From positions 8,009 to 72,008 of IMG/VR virus record IMGVR_UViG_3300012016_000004: a DNA stretch of 64,000 nt; one strand, given 5' to 3'. The position numbers and the translations under genes are program-made. The stretch is from a virus (Duplodnaviria; Caudoviricetes). Shown here piece after piece: positions 28,225 through 37,649 of the stretch (positions within the stretch are counted from its first letter, which is position 1; each line of letters begins with the position of its first letter). Below the pieces are notes generated by a model that saw nothing but the letters and a program-made list of their open reading frames with translations, was not told where the DNA came from and ran no database searches.

Positions 28225-28956
28225 CTATTTCTTTCCCGCTGATTCAAAAGCCGTCATACTATCTCCTATTTGCATCAGAGCCAGCTCCAGAATCTTCGAG
28301 AATATGATGTTTGAGGATTTGATTTCGAGCTTCTGATTTATCTCCTTGGAGAGCTTGAGATACAGCTCCTCGTTCGGCTCGTTCTCGGCCATGACAACGA
28401 CATCGCTTTTCTTGATAGCCTCACGCAACTCCCCGACCAGTTCCTCGAAATACTGCATGGCCTTGTTATACAGAACAAGCGTGACCGTGAAGGTCTCCTT
28501 CTCCAGAGGGGATGCGATGGAACCGACATCAATGTTGCCGATTTCGTCAATGTTGATGTGGGCGAACTTCTTGAAGTCAACACTCGAAATGCTTTCGAAC
28601 AATTTCTTCAAGATGCTCTTGTTGTCTGTCCCATGCAAGGAGTTGTGGGAAAGCTGGATTGCTACAATCTCATCTTTCGTCAATTCTGACTCCAGGGCAT
28701 AAAGAATGCCTATCTCTGTGAAGCCCTTCTTGCGACATGCATGGACACGATGATGACCACTGATGATAGTAAACCGGCCATTCTCCCGCTTATAGCAGGT
28801 CGGCACCGAACTTAAACCACTCCGGCCGATGTTCTCGACCAACTGATTGAAGTCATCGTCAGACATCATGTTGGCATTCAACTCGGCATCGTCTATCATG
28901 TCGATGGGTACGACCTCGTACTTCCATCGGTTTTCCACTTTATCCTTTTGCTGCAT
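28225..28956 (-). CDS. ParB/Sulfiredoxin N-terminal domain protein
   Basis: ELNANMMSDDDFNQLVENI...FTIISGHHRVHAC. Confidence 0.85.
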   Translation of the reverse strand: MQQKDKVENRWKYEVVPIDMIDDAELNANMMSDDDFNQLVENIGRSGLSSVPTCYKRENGRFTIISGHHRVHACRKKGFTEIGILYALESELTKDEIVAIQLSHNSLHGTDNKSILKKLFESISSVDFKKFAHINIDEIGNIDVGSIASPLEKETFTVTLVLYNKAMQYFEELVGELREAIKKSDVVVMAENEPNEELYLKLSKEINQKLEIKSSNIIFSKILELALMQIGDSMTAFESAGKK

Positions 28957-30997
28957 CGTTGACAGATTTTAAGTATGTTTTGATGATTTCCTCGTTATCG
29001 GCAAACCGGCCAAGGTGGCCCACATAGAAAAGTGAGTTCGGAGTGCATCTCTCCTTCACCTTGTTGTACAGACCACGGTACTTCATGGACACCGGCTTCT
29101 TCGTATAGGCAATAGTGAAGACTGACTCCGCTTCCATGCGATTGAAACGGGACAGAATCTTCTTTACCTCCTTTGACAGAAGGCACATCAGCACCAGGCG
29201 GGACAGCCGGGGAACGGCATTGTTCGTGGCGAAATCACAGAGCTGCTCCATGTCATATTCCTTCGCCGGCGATTTGGTGAAGCCAAAACCACCAAGCAGA
29301 TAGTCTCCGTACATCACGACAAAGCTGAGCCTGGGGCTTTGGAATGAGTTGACCTTATACACGAAATGCTCCTGCAGGATTCGGAAGTCAACGGCGCACC
29401 GTCTGATAGACAGCAGCGCGGGGTCATTGATATACAGATCATCCGGAGGCACCTTGTAATCCACCTGGTTCGGAAGCTGGTCGTTCACGATGATGGCAGA
29501 CGTCTTCGGCTTCGGATGGTTGCTATAAAGATACTTCCCGAAATCCTTCGAGCCATGCCCGGTGTCGAACAAGGCAATCTTGTGAAGGTTCATCAGATAC
29601 GGCGTCTCGCTGAACACATAGAAGTTCACATCGTCCGGGACACTCTCTACCAGGCCGTCATACTCCGTTGGCTTGACATCCCAGTCTTCCACTTCGCAGT
29701 TCCTCCGATAGATGCCGAACGTGCGCTTTGAGGTCTTATCTCCGACCAGCTGGAAAAGGATGTTCTTTTCTCCGTTAGCGAGGGCATCATGGACCGTCCC
29801 ACGAACATACCGGCACGAGGTCAGCATGTCGATGTAGAACTGGGCCTGCTCACGCATGTTTGCGATGCTCTCGTGCATCTTCTCTCGGTAAGCGGCCACT
29901 TCATCATCCTTGAACTCGTTCCCGCCTTCTATGACCTTTCTGAGCTTCGTGACGATGAGAAGGAGCGACACCTGGCGCAAAGGCGTGTTGTCATTATACT
30001 CCTCCAACCACGCGATGTCCTTCTTGAATGTCACGGTCATCTGTCCAGTGGCCAGCAGGTACAGCAGGTGGCAGTAATTGTTCTGATTGTAGATGACAAG
30101 CTTCGGCACCTTCTTGAACAGAGCGCTCTCAAAGCCAAACATGTTCGGATTCACGCAGCAAATCTCATCGAGGTTCAAGTCAACGAGCGCCTTGACCATC
30201 TTCTGGTTGCTGTCGATGGCTTTCGCCATGAAGCATTCCTTGGGATGGTACGGATTGCCCATGTAAAGCAGCGGAGGGATGAGAGCCGGCATCTCCTTCG
30301 GCAGCTTCGTAAGCGCCATGAACTCCTCGTAGGAGCGGATGGACTTGAAGTCTTCTTCGGTGTGATGGATGGCGTATTCAAACATCCGGTAGGCAGACAG
30401 AACACAGTTGAAGGCCAGTTCCGGAGACTGCGTAGCATTGAAGCAGCGGAACTCAACTGTCTTCGTCTTGAACACGGCTGCTATATTGATGAGGAAACGG
30501 ATGTAGCCCTTCTTACTCTGGTTCGACAGAGTGTTTTGCAGGTCTTGCATCGTCTCGCACTTCTTCACACGCTCGTAGTAACTTGGAGTGATGGCAGGCT
30601 GGCAGTTGAACACCTTGTCATTCCAGTCACCCCAGTTGTTATGCTGGTTGATATACGGCGTCAGAAAATACGTGAAGAAGAAAACGCGCTTCAATTCTTC
30701 AACGGTCAGGTCGCCGGCGTAGATGTGGACATGCGTATCGATAGACCACTTGAGCTTGCCACCATGCTTCTTCATCTGGTCGTATAGGTAAACGAGGTCA
30801 TCCCGGTCCTTCCAACAAAGATGAAGCGGAGGGGTGTTCACCTCGCCGCCGTATTGTTTGCTTACCTGGCCGTCGGTATTGAAAATTTGCTCATCTGGGC
30901 TCCATGAATAACCTGCAGGGAGAGAGACGCGCGTTCGATCCACATTGCACATCTCTATCTCCATTCCGAAAGTCCTCTCTGTGATTTTCAGTTCCAT
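28940..30997 (-). CDS. Fusion: amidoligase (COOH-NH2 ligase) + degenerate methylase-like domain + Mom-like GNAT
   Basis: N-terminal FGMEIE / EVNTPPL / THVHI / TVEFR amidoligase motifs; C-terminal FVVMYGDYLLGGFGF...VPRLSRLVL...TIAYTKKPVSMKYRG resembles Mom-type GNATs. The middle domain is the weakest call. Confidence 0.7.
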   Translation of the reverse strand: MELKITERTFGMEIEMCNVDRTRVSLPAGYSWSPDEQIFNTDGQVSKQYGGEVNTPPLHLCWKDRDDLVYLYDQMKKHGGKLKWSIDTHVHIYAGDLTVEELKRVFFFTYFLTPYINQHNNWGDWNDKVFNCQPAITPSYYERVKKCETMQDLQNTLSNQSKKGYIRFLINIAAVFKTKTVEFRCFNATQSPELAFNCVLSAYRMFEYAIHHTEEDFKSIRSYEEFMALTKLPKEMPALIPPLLYMGNPYHPKECFMAKAIDSNQKMVKALVDLNLDEICCVNPNMFGFESALFKKVPKLVIYNQNNYCHLLYLLATGQMTVTFKKDIAWLEEYNDNTPLRQVSLLLIVTKLRKVIEGGNEFKDDEVAAYREKMHESIANMREQAQFYIDMLTSCRYVRGTVHDALANGEKNILFQLVGDKTSKRTFGIYRRNCEVEDWDVKPTEYDGLVESVPDDVNFYVFSETPYLMNLHKIALFDTGHGSKDFGKYLYSNHPKPKTSAIIVNDQLPNQVDYKVPPDDLYINDPALLSIRRCAVDFRILQEHFVYKVNSFQSPRLSFVVMYGDYLLGGFGFTKSPAKEYDMEQLCDFATNNAVPRLSRLVLMCLLSKEVKKILSRFNRMEAESVFTIAYTKKPVSMKYRGLYNKVKERCTPNSLFYVGHLGRFADNEEIIKTYLKSVNDAAKG

Positions 30998-31018
30998 AAT
31001 CCGCAGCTAATAAAAAAG

Positions 31019-31089
31019 AGCGGAGAGACCGATTCGAACAGCCGCCTCGATGCAGGAAGCACCGCGCTCTACCACTGAGCTATCTCCGC
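31019..31089 (-). tRNA. tRNA-Gly(UCC), atypical (U37, G38, two G-U pairs in the T-stem; CCA not encoded)
   Basis: GCGGAGA-TA-GCTC AGTGGTA GAGC-G-CGGTG CTTCCTG CATCG-AGGC-GGCTG TTCGAAT CGGTC-TCTCCGC-T; carries the Gly identity elements C2:G71 and U73. Confidence 0.88.
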
Positions 31090-31116
31090 TTTGGTGGGGA
31101 CTTCATCGTCCCCTAT

Positions 31117-31563
31117 CTAAAACAACCCGTCAAAGAGGCTTGGCTCCTCAAGTACCGGCGTTTGCATCTGTTTTGCCACCTGCTCCTCAATCTGCTTCTG
31201 GTCCGGTTCCCATTCCTTGATTTCAAGTCCGGTCTCCCTGAGCATCCAGTCGGCGAACAGTCTGCGGTGGCAGAAGTCTCCAGGCTTTTCGTAACAGAGC
31301 AGAGCGGCATCCTTGCCTTGCGACATCCTTTCGATGTCAGCGATGACCTGGGCCGGATTCAGATGGCCTACGACATCTCTGTAGTACATCTGAATATACT
31401 GCTCCCTTGTTACCTCATCCTTCATCATATACCGTTTCGGCGCGAGGTACTGGAGATGCAATCCTTGAAAGAACTTCGGCGGCCAAAGTGCGATTCCAAT
31501 CGGGACTATGCCAGCCTCTCTTAATTTGCCCTGGCGGGCGAAATAGGATGTATAAATTTCCAT
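31117..31563 (-). CDS. DUF488-family protein
   Basis: MEIYTSYF...LLCYEKPGDFCHRRLFADW; start moved to 31563. Confidence 0.8.
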   Translation of the reverse strand: MEIYTSYFARQGKLREAGIVPIGIALWPPKFFQGLHLQYLAPKRYMMKDEVTREQYIQMYYRDVVGHLNPAQVIADIERMSQGKDAALLCYEKPGDFCHRRLFADWMLRETGLEIKEWEPDQKQIEEQVAKQMQTPVLEEPSLFDGLF

Positions 31564-31578
31564 TTCCTTTTGTATATG

Positions 31579-31612
31579 CAAATCTACAAATAATTTTCCA
31601 AATAGTTGCAAA
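31579..31612 (-). promoter_or_regulatory. Promoter of the modification/packaging operon
   Basis: -7 TAGATTTG at 31579-31586, with a TTTG at about 31609-31612. Confidence 0.6.
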
Positions 31613-31639
31613 ATGAAACGCTTTTTTGCAAAAAAATCG

Positions 31640-32999
31640 TCATTTTTTGGTCTGCAACTGCACTTCTTGCGGTTCTCCATGCGGACGGTCTTTGTACAGC
31701 CACTTAATCATCTTCTGGCAAAGAATGTCAACAGCCGCCACTATCGGCTTACTCTGATTCGGATTGACATGCCGGTCACTGACAGCACTGTGGAACAGAT
31801 TCATGAACCTGGAGCTGGCCTTCTCGATTGCCTGGATATCCATGTTCTTCTGATTGTACAACGTTGATGTCTTATAGCAATTCCCCCAGACAATCTGTGC
31901 AGACTGCGCCATGATGTTTGCAATCATCAGCTCTGCACATGTCTTCTGAATGTCGAAGTCAAGGTCCTGCAGGAAATTCATTATCTGGACTTTCGCAATC
32001 ATCACATCGTTGGCAATCCAGTTGTCGAAGTCATCCATCTTGTCCACTACCTCATTCTGCTCATCCAGCGTGAATGCCCGGAAAAACTGCTTGTTCAGAC
32101 GGTTGTATGCATCAATCCACCTCTGCTTCCACAACTTCATCTCATGCTTGCTTTCGAGCGGTCTGACCGTTTTAAGGAATATCTGATAATTGACATCCAG
32201 CATCAGGAACGGAAGGATGGTCTCAAGGGTATGGCCCTGCACACGTTTCATGCCGATGGAAGCGAGCCATTTATCTACCATTTCATCGTTCGTCATTTTT
32301 TCTCCTCCTCGCCAGCGATGAATTTCAGAAACTCCTCCTTCTTCTTGGTCTGATAATCGAGGTCAGACTGCATTTTGGTCAGTTGCGCGTCAGTATAAGG
32401 CCGTGGACAGCCTTTGCAGAAGGACGGATAGTTGATATGAACCAACTTGCCTTCTTCACGATTCGGCTTGTATAGGATTTCATAGTCCAGCTCGATATTT
32501 CTAAGCTTATCCTCGTAGTCGGAATACTGCTCGAATACCTCCTTCGGGACGGCATGGTCAATATCGTAGCGAATGGTGTCAAAGTCGATCCAGAGGTCTC
32601 CACCTCCAGGATTGACAACTGTGCCGATTCCGTCCTCTGAGCCAACCCAGTCTCTGGGATTGTATTCAAGGTCGTGCTTTTCGCAGAATAGCCGGAGATA
32701 CTCATTTGCGATATTGGCAAAGGACTCCTTCATCATCTTGCCGAGCATACGTGCTCTACGTTCTTTCCCATCCATGACTACTTCTCCTCCTTCGTGTTCT
32801 TTAACACCTGGTCTGTAATGTCGAACATCTTACCATTGGCATTGGTCAGATAATGCGTCTCCTTTCCATTGAAGACGGAAACAGAGTGCTTGAGATACTT
32901 CCGGCAGAAAGTCTTCTCCGGCAGTGTCACCTTGATGCCCCGGCCACAAATCTTTTGGCCTTTCTGGGGACTTGAGATACATTCAGTACAATTTGGCAT
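31640..32999 (-). CDS. Three hypothetical proteins (31640-32296, 32293-32775, 32778-32999)
   Basis: 218, 160 and 73 aa with operonic overlaps. Confidence 0.55.
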
Positions 33000-33014
33000 A
33001 GCTAATATGTTTAA

Positions 33015-33590
33015 TCAAAATACTTCGTCAATGGAGGCGCCGGTAGCAGCCTTATACTCCGCCTTAAGAAAACCGACTTCATTTCGGAGTTGGCGGATGA
33101 TTTCATCCTTATGGTCGTGCTTCCATCTGAGATGTGAATAGTTGTAATAGAACTTCTCCAGCAGATGTAAACTTTCATCAGAGAGCTTCTCGCCGTGCAG
33201 CTGATCCGGACACCTGACTAATAGTATCTGACCGTGGTCATCGACGGTACATATCCCGGCATAGTCTGGGATGAGGTCTCTTACTTTGTCAAGCAACTCT
33301 TTGGGAACGCAATACGAAAAGTAGTTCGGTTTCAGCCCTTCCGTCCGTCCCTCCAGGATGTCATACTTCTCCGACTTGTGCTTTCGGTCATTCTTGAAAT
33401 CCGCACGTGAGATTTTCACTTCCACCTCATACCAATACCCAGCCTTGGTCTTCAAGAGGAAATCGCTTTCCCATGAGAACACGAACAGATTGGCAATGGC
33501 GTAGGCTGGATTACTCATGTAACCCAGACGGAGCCGTTCGAGGATATTCTGCTCTGTGAAGACAAAATTGCCCTTTCTTTGTATGCCCAT
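33015..33590 (-). CDS. PD-(D/E)xK nuclease-like protein (MmcB-like)
   Basis: ESDFL...YEVEVKISRADFKND motif. Confidence 0.65.
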   Translation of the reverse strand: MGIQRKGNFVFTEQNILERLRLGYMSNPAYAIANLFVFSWESDFLLKTKAGYWYEVEVKISRADFKNDRKHKSEKYDILEGRTEGLKPNYFSYCVPKELLDKVRDLIPDYAGICTVDDHGQILLVRCPDQLHGEKLSDESLHLLEKFYYNYSHLRWKHDHKDEIIRQLRNEVGFLKAEYKAATGASIDEVF

Positions 33591-33595
33591 ACTCT

Positions 33596-34039
33596 TTACA
33601 ACAATTCGTCAACCTTGACAATGTGCATCATCCCTCTAACGTACTGGTGGCCGTCTTTCTCGTAATGAGCAATATCTATCAGCTTATCTTTATACTTGAC
33701 CAGCGCCTGGTGGAATCCTTCGATAATCCTCGCCTCATACTCCTTCAATTCGATGTCCTCGTGATAGAGTTCATCTCCTTGCTCAAGCAATACCCCGAAT
33801 TTTGCTGTCCGGGCGAAGTCTCCCGGAACGACCTCTCTCGCAACTCCACACACCTCGTATTCCGGTCCGACCAGTTCAAAGTCACCGCCATTCGGAAATA
33901 CTTTCTCGATGTATTCCAGAGTGTCTTTGGCCTCGTTCATGGCACCGAACATCATGCGGTCTTTGGATTCATTGTACTTGGCTTCGTAGTCTGCAATTCG
34001 CTCCTTGAGCAACTGCTTGAATTTCTCGATTCTGTTCAT
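33596..34039 (-). CDS. Hypothetical protein
   Basis: 147 aa ORF. Confidence 0.55.
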   Translation of the reverse strand: MNRIEKFKQLLKERIADYEAKYNESKDRMMFGAMNEAKDTLEYIEKVFPNGGDFELVGPEYEVCGVAREVVPGDFARTAKFGVLLEQGDELYHEDIELKEYEARIIEGFHQALVKYKDKLIDIAHYEKDGHQYVRGMMHIVKVDELL

Positions 34040-34072
34040 CTCTTTTTCCTATTTGAATACTAAGTCTATCGT

Positions 34073-34492
34073 TCATTTCAGCTCTTTTACATATTGAATC
34101 AGATGTTCATCCTCGCCATCGAATGAGTAACCAAGCCGTTGATACCAGGCGGCAGTGAAGCTATCTTTCTCGGAGCTGATTAAAGCTATGTTTGCACCAA
34201 GATAGCGAGCCTCATCCTCGGCTGCGTCAATAAGGTCTGACGCATATCCTTTCCTCCGCTTTGACGGGATAACGGATAATGCGTGGATTGTAGCGACATT
34301 CGGATCATCGTCTTCAACGGATACAGAAACACTTCCAGCGCCATCGTCTGTGATGATGTGTGTCGAATATCCCCACCAGTTCCTATTCCGATGATAGACA
34401 TAGCGAATATCAGCATCGTTCCCTTCACTGCATCTTAAAACGGCAACCGTAATAGCGATGCCAAGGACAAAACCAATTATCAGTAGCATCAT
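34073..34492 (-). CDS. GNAT acetyltransferase with a hydrophobic N-terminus
   Basis: IHALSVIPSKRRKGYASDLI...AWYQRLGY. Confidence 0.8.
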   Translation of the reverse strand: MMLLIIGFVLGIAITVAVLRCSEGNDADIRYVYHRNRNWWGYSTHIITDDGAGSVSVSVEDDDPNVATIHALSVIPSKRRKGYASDLIDAAEDEARYLGANIALISSEKDSFTAAWYQRLGYSFDGEDEHLIQYVKELK

Positions 34493-35067
34493 GATAACCT
34501 CTCTCCAAGTTTGATGACAAAATACTTCTTACCTGGCTCTGCACCCCATTCCGGATTCCCGAAACCGACAAACACATGTTCAATCTTAAACCGCATCTTG
34601 GTATTCGTATAGCCTCGATGAAAGGTTACAATCGAATGTTTACACCACACACCTGCATCATGGCAGTTGATGTTGGCCTTGCAAACCTCCTTCATTTTGC
34701 ATACAGACTGATATTGGCAGATCCTTTTTCTCCAGAATGGCGTTATATCACGGTACTCCTCCAGCTTGATTCCTTTATCAATGAGGTCGTAATACTCAGC
34801 CTTCAAAACCAACTCAAGGGACGGCTCTGTTATGCTACATCCTTCGACCTCGCTCAAAGCATCCATGCCTTTGAAGGTCACAACATAATCGATGAAGCGA
34901 CCGCTCCCTTCCATAGTTGCCAGTCCCTGCGCTACGAGTTCATCCCAGACATGGGAACCTCCTTCTGTACGGAAGTAGTTGCGATACGGAACGTAGCGAC
35001 CTCGGACCGGGTGCTTATGGTCAAGGCCAATCGCATGCTTCAGTTCGCTAATCTGTCTCGGTGTCAT
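34489..35067 (-). CDS. Two-domain protein with a C-terminal ASCH/PUA-like domain
   Basis: LELVLKAEYYDLIDKGIKLEEYR...FHRGY...WGAEPGKKYFVIKLG. Confidence 0.65.
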   Translation of the reverse strand: MTPRQISELKHAIGLDHKHPVRGRYVPYRNYFRTEGGSHVWDELVAQGLATMEGSGRFIDYVVTFKGMDALSEVEGCSITEPSLELVLKAEYYDLIDKGIKLEEYRDITPFWRKRICQYQSVCKMKEVCKANINCHDAGVWCKHSIVTFHRGYTNTKMRFKIEHVFVGFGNPEWGAEPGKKYFVIKLGERLS

Positions 35068-35069
35068 AT

Positions 35070-35850
35070 CTATTTCCTCCTTTTTTTCTTCGGTGGTGTA
35101 TAATTGGAGCCACGATTACCGGCACCACATTCTTTCCGGTCATTCTGCGAGCCAGTACATTTGTTAAGCTCGCAACTCCATTTCTTGCAGCAATCACATC
35201 CCATAACTATTCAATCTTAATGGTTATCGAGCAAGGCGTAGCCTTCTCGTCCTCCCACTTGACAGACGGGAACTCCGTGTCTTTGAGCCGGAGAATCGGA
35301 TTGTTCCAGGATGAAGTCCAGTGGCCATGTTTATAGCATGGCGCACAAGGCAACTTGATTGGCTCAACGGTGAAGACGGCAAGACTACCATTTTCATCTC
35401 GCGCTACAAATCCGTCGATGACCTTTTCCTTCTTGTGGCCATGGAAAATCTTAGCGACCATATCCTTGGCCCAGTTCATTTTTTCTTCTCTTGTGTGTGG
35501 CATTATTCTGTATCTTTAACAAAATTGCTTAAACGTGCGAGGCTATCGCATTCTTGGTCGAGAATATCTCTGAGTTCATGGAAGATGCTCCACACTGCCT
35601 CCGGTGGAACCTCTATTTCTTCCGGCTTTTCTCGACGATTTACGAAGACTTTGAATAGAAAAGACTTCTTCTCCTTTTTCGGCAATTCCAGCAAGGCTCT
35701 GCCATCTTTATAGAACCAGAGCAACTGCTGCAAGAAAAAGTGGAGCTTGGAAATTTCTTTGGCTGCTGGCAACTCAATTCCGAATAGATTTTTTGAGTAT
35801 GAGAGCAACTTCTTGATTTGCTCATCTGTCCATTTCTTTCCCATAATCAC
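35070..35850 (-). CDS. Small hypothetical proteins (35070-35204 Cys-rich 44 aa, read manually; 35207-35503; 35503-35850)
   Basis: Operonic spacing; MGCDCCKKWSCELNKC... Confidence 0.45.
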
Positions 35851-36638
35851 ATCCCTATATTGAAGATGTCGATAGGCTCCTGGGCCGGAAGACCGAGATA
35901 GTCCGTGAGACTTTTCTTCAAGTACACGTTGCGGCCTCTTGACAAAATAGCCTCTGTCATCCGCTCAACCTCGTCGCGATTATACGTCGAGAGACTGATT
36001 CCGCTTTGCAGCCCAACTTTGAACAGGTCACAGCAGTCTTCTATTTGGTAGAACACACTGAGAGTTGATACCGGATCAATCACGGGTTCCAGAGAGGCGA
36101 ACGTTCGGAACCCATTCTTCTTGAGTAGGTGCATTGTCTTTACCCGTTTCGTATTGTCAGATGCACCTGGCTCCAAATCATCACGTCCGGTGAGGGTGAA
36201 TCCAAAAGCGAGGTACTCGCTATAATGTAACCCACTCGTGTTAGACACAATGCGACTTAATGCTTCATCCAAGATGAAGTCCGCATTCTTTGTGAGGAGC
36301 TGGCACCTTACGCGGCGCTGGATTGCGTAGTCAATACACCTTACGTTCAAAGCTCGTGTCTCCGGAATTAGCGGGTCGCTTGAGAATGTAAAGAACAGAC
36401 TCGACTGACGGATCGCATCAATGTTCGAGTCCAGCTCTTTGACAAATACCTCGAAAGCGTGCTGCTCGTTGCGGAAGCAGGATTTCAGTTTAGCAACGGG
36501 GCCACCCATTACATGAGCGAGGACACCCCTCTTGCAGTAGCAGTAGTAGCAGTTGTTGCTGCATCCAACGTACAGATTGCAGGCCCATTCGGCATACTCG
36601 CCGGCCTTGCCTTTCGGCTTGTAGATAGCTTTACTCAT
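35847..36638 (-). CDS. Radical SAM protein (SPL-like)
   Basis: CxxxCxxC motif: VGCSNNCYYCY. Confidence 0.85.
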   Translation of the reverse strand: MSKAIYKPKGKAGEYAEWACNLYVGCSNNCYYCYCKRGVLAHVMGGPVAKLKSCFRNEQHAFEVFVKELDSNIDAIRQSSLFFTFSSDPLIPETRALNVRCIDYAIQRRVRCQLLTKNADFILDEALSRIVSNTSGLHYSEYLAFGFTLTGRDDLEPGASDNTKRVKTMHLLKKNGFRTFASLEPVIDPVSTLSVFYQIEDCCDLFKVGLQSGISLSTYNRDEVERMTEAILSRGRNVYLKKSLTDYLGLPAQEPIDIFNIGM

Positions 36639-36913
36639 TTCTTTCTCAGTTTGATTCTCAGTTTGATACAGACCCTGCGGAGGTTAGACTTGGCTTCAAG
36701 CAGCCTCACGTAGAGCAGGATGGCTTGATAAAACAGCTGGCGCTTCACGAAGTAGTACAGCAGTATCGGGAAGAAGACCGGGCCGAAAATAATCGACGTC
36801 CGAATGTCCGGGGTAAACGGGAGCTCGGAATCATCCGCGAGCCATTTCGACAACCATGCCGTCAGTAGGCCGGATACGAACCATGCAGGGATGATGTAGA
36901 TTGCTTTACTCAT
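36635..36913 (-). CDS. Small membrane protein
   Basis: Two hydrophobic segments; shares its first six codons with the downstream radical SAM gene. Confidence 0.55.
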   Translation of the reverse strand: MSKAIYIIPAWFVSGLLTAWLSKWLADDSELPFTPDIRTSIIFGPVFFPILLYYFVKRQLFYQAILLYVRLLEAKSNLRRVCIKLRIKLRKK

Positions 36914-37632
36914 TAGCAAAGAACTTTAATCGTGTCCATGGCCTCACGGATTTCGTCAAGGTGCTCCTCTACATACTTATCGAAGGAACCTTCCCCACCA
37001 TAGATTTCGTCAAGGCGTTTTGCAACTTGGCCCAAAGGATTGAGCCATGAATCATTCTTGACAATATCCTGCGGCTCATATAGAGCGATGAGATGGTTGT
37101 TACGACCGAAGTGGGCAATCATCCCAGCATAAGCAGTGAGCTTGTTATCAGCCTCAATAGAGTATCTGGAACTCATGGCGCCGTATTCGTATGTCTGAAT
37201 CTTGAGCAACCGCTCCACATCCTGGATTGAAAGTGCGATGCCATCCAGAAGACCATACATCAGCTCCGGTTCAATGGAACTTCCCGGAGGGATAAACGCG
37301 ATAACCCTTTTTCCCGCACCCTTCATCCAACCAGCTTCAAGATGAGCACTCCTTCCGCAAGGAAGACAGAGAACACAGATGTCAGCTTCTTTCATGGCAT
37401 CGAAATCCCGATTGAAGCCAAACTTTGCATAGTCATCTTTCAGCGCCTTGCGGTACTGTTCCATTGACCAGTTCTGCCATTTTTCATCGAGCTTGCTCCA
37501 TTTGAACCCCGGCTTTCCGTCATCCGGATGTTTGAAATCATAAACATCATAGCCCATTAAGCGCAGCTCTTTTACAAGGCTTTCCTGAGCCTCATTGCGC
37601 CAGCTGCTGGCAACATATACTTTCTTTTTCAT
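36913..37632 (-). CDS. Nucleoside 2-deoxyribosyltransferase-like domain fused to an unknown domain
   Basis: KVYVASSW...DFDAMKEADICVLCLPCGRSAHLEAGW..GAGK. Confidence 0.7.
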   Translation of the reverse strand: MKKKVYVASSWRNEAQESLVKELRLMGYDVYDFKHPDDGKPGFKWSKLDEKWQNWSMEQYRKALKDDYAKFGFNRDFDAMKEADICVLCLPCGRSAHLEAGWMKGAGKRVIAFIPPGSSIEPELMYGLLDGIALSIQDVERLLKIQTYEYGAMSSRYSIEADNKLTAYAGMIAHFGRNNHLIALYEPQDIVKNDSWLNPLGQVAKRLDEIYGGEGSFDKYVEEHLDEIREAMDTIKVLC

Positions 37633-37649
37633 ATGCTTCCTTTCTTGAG

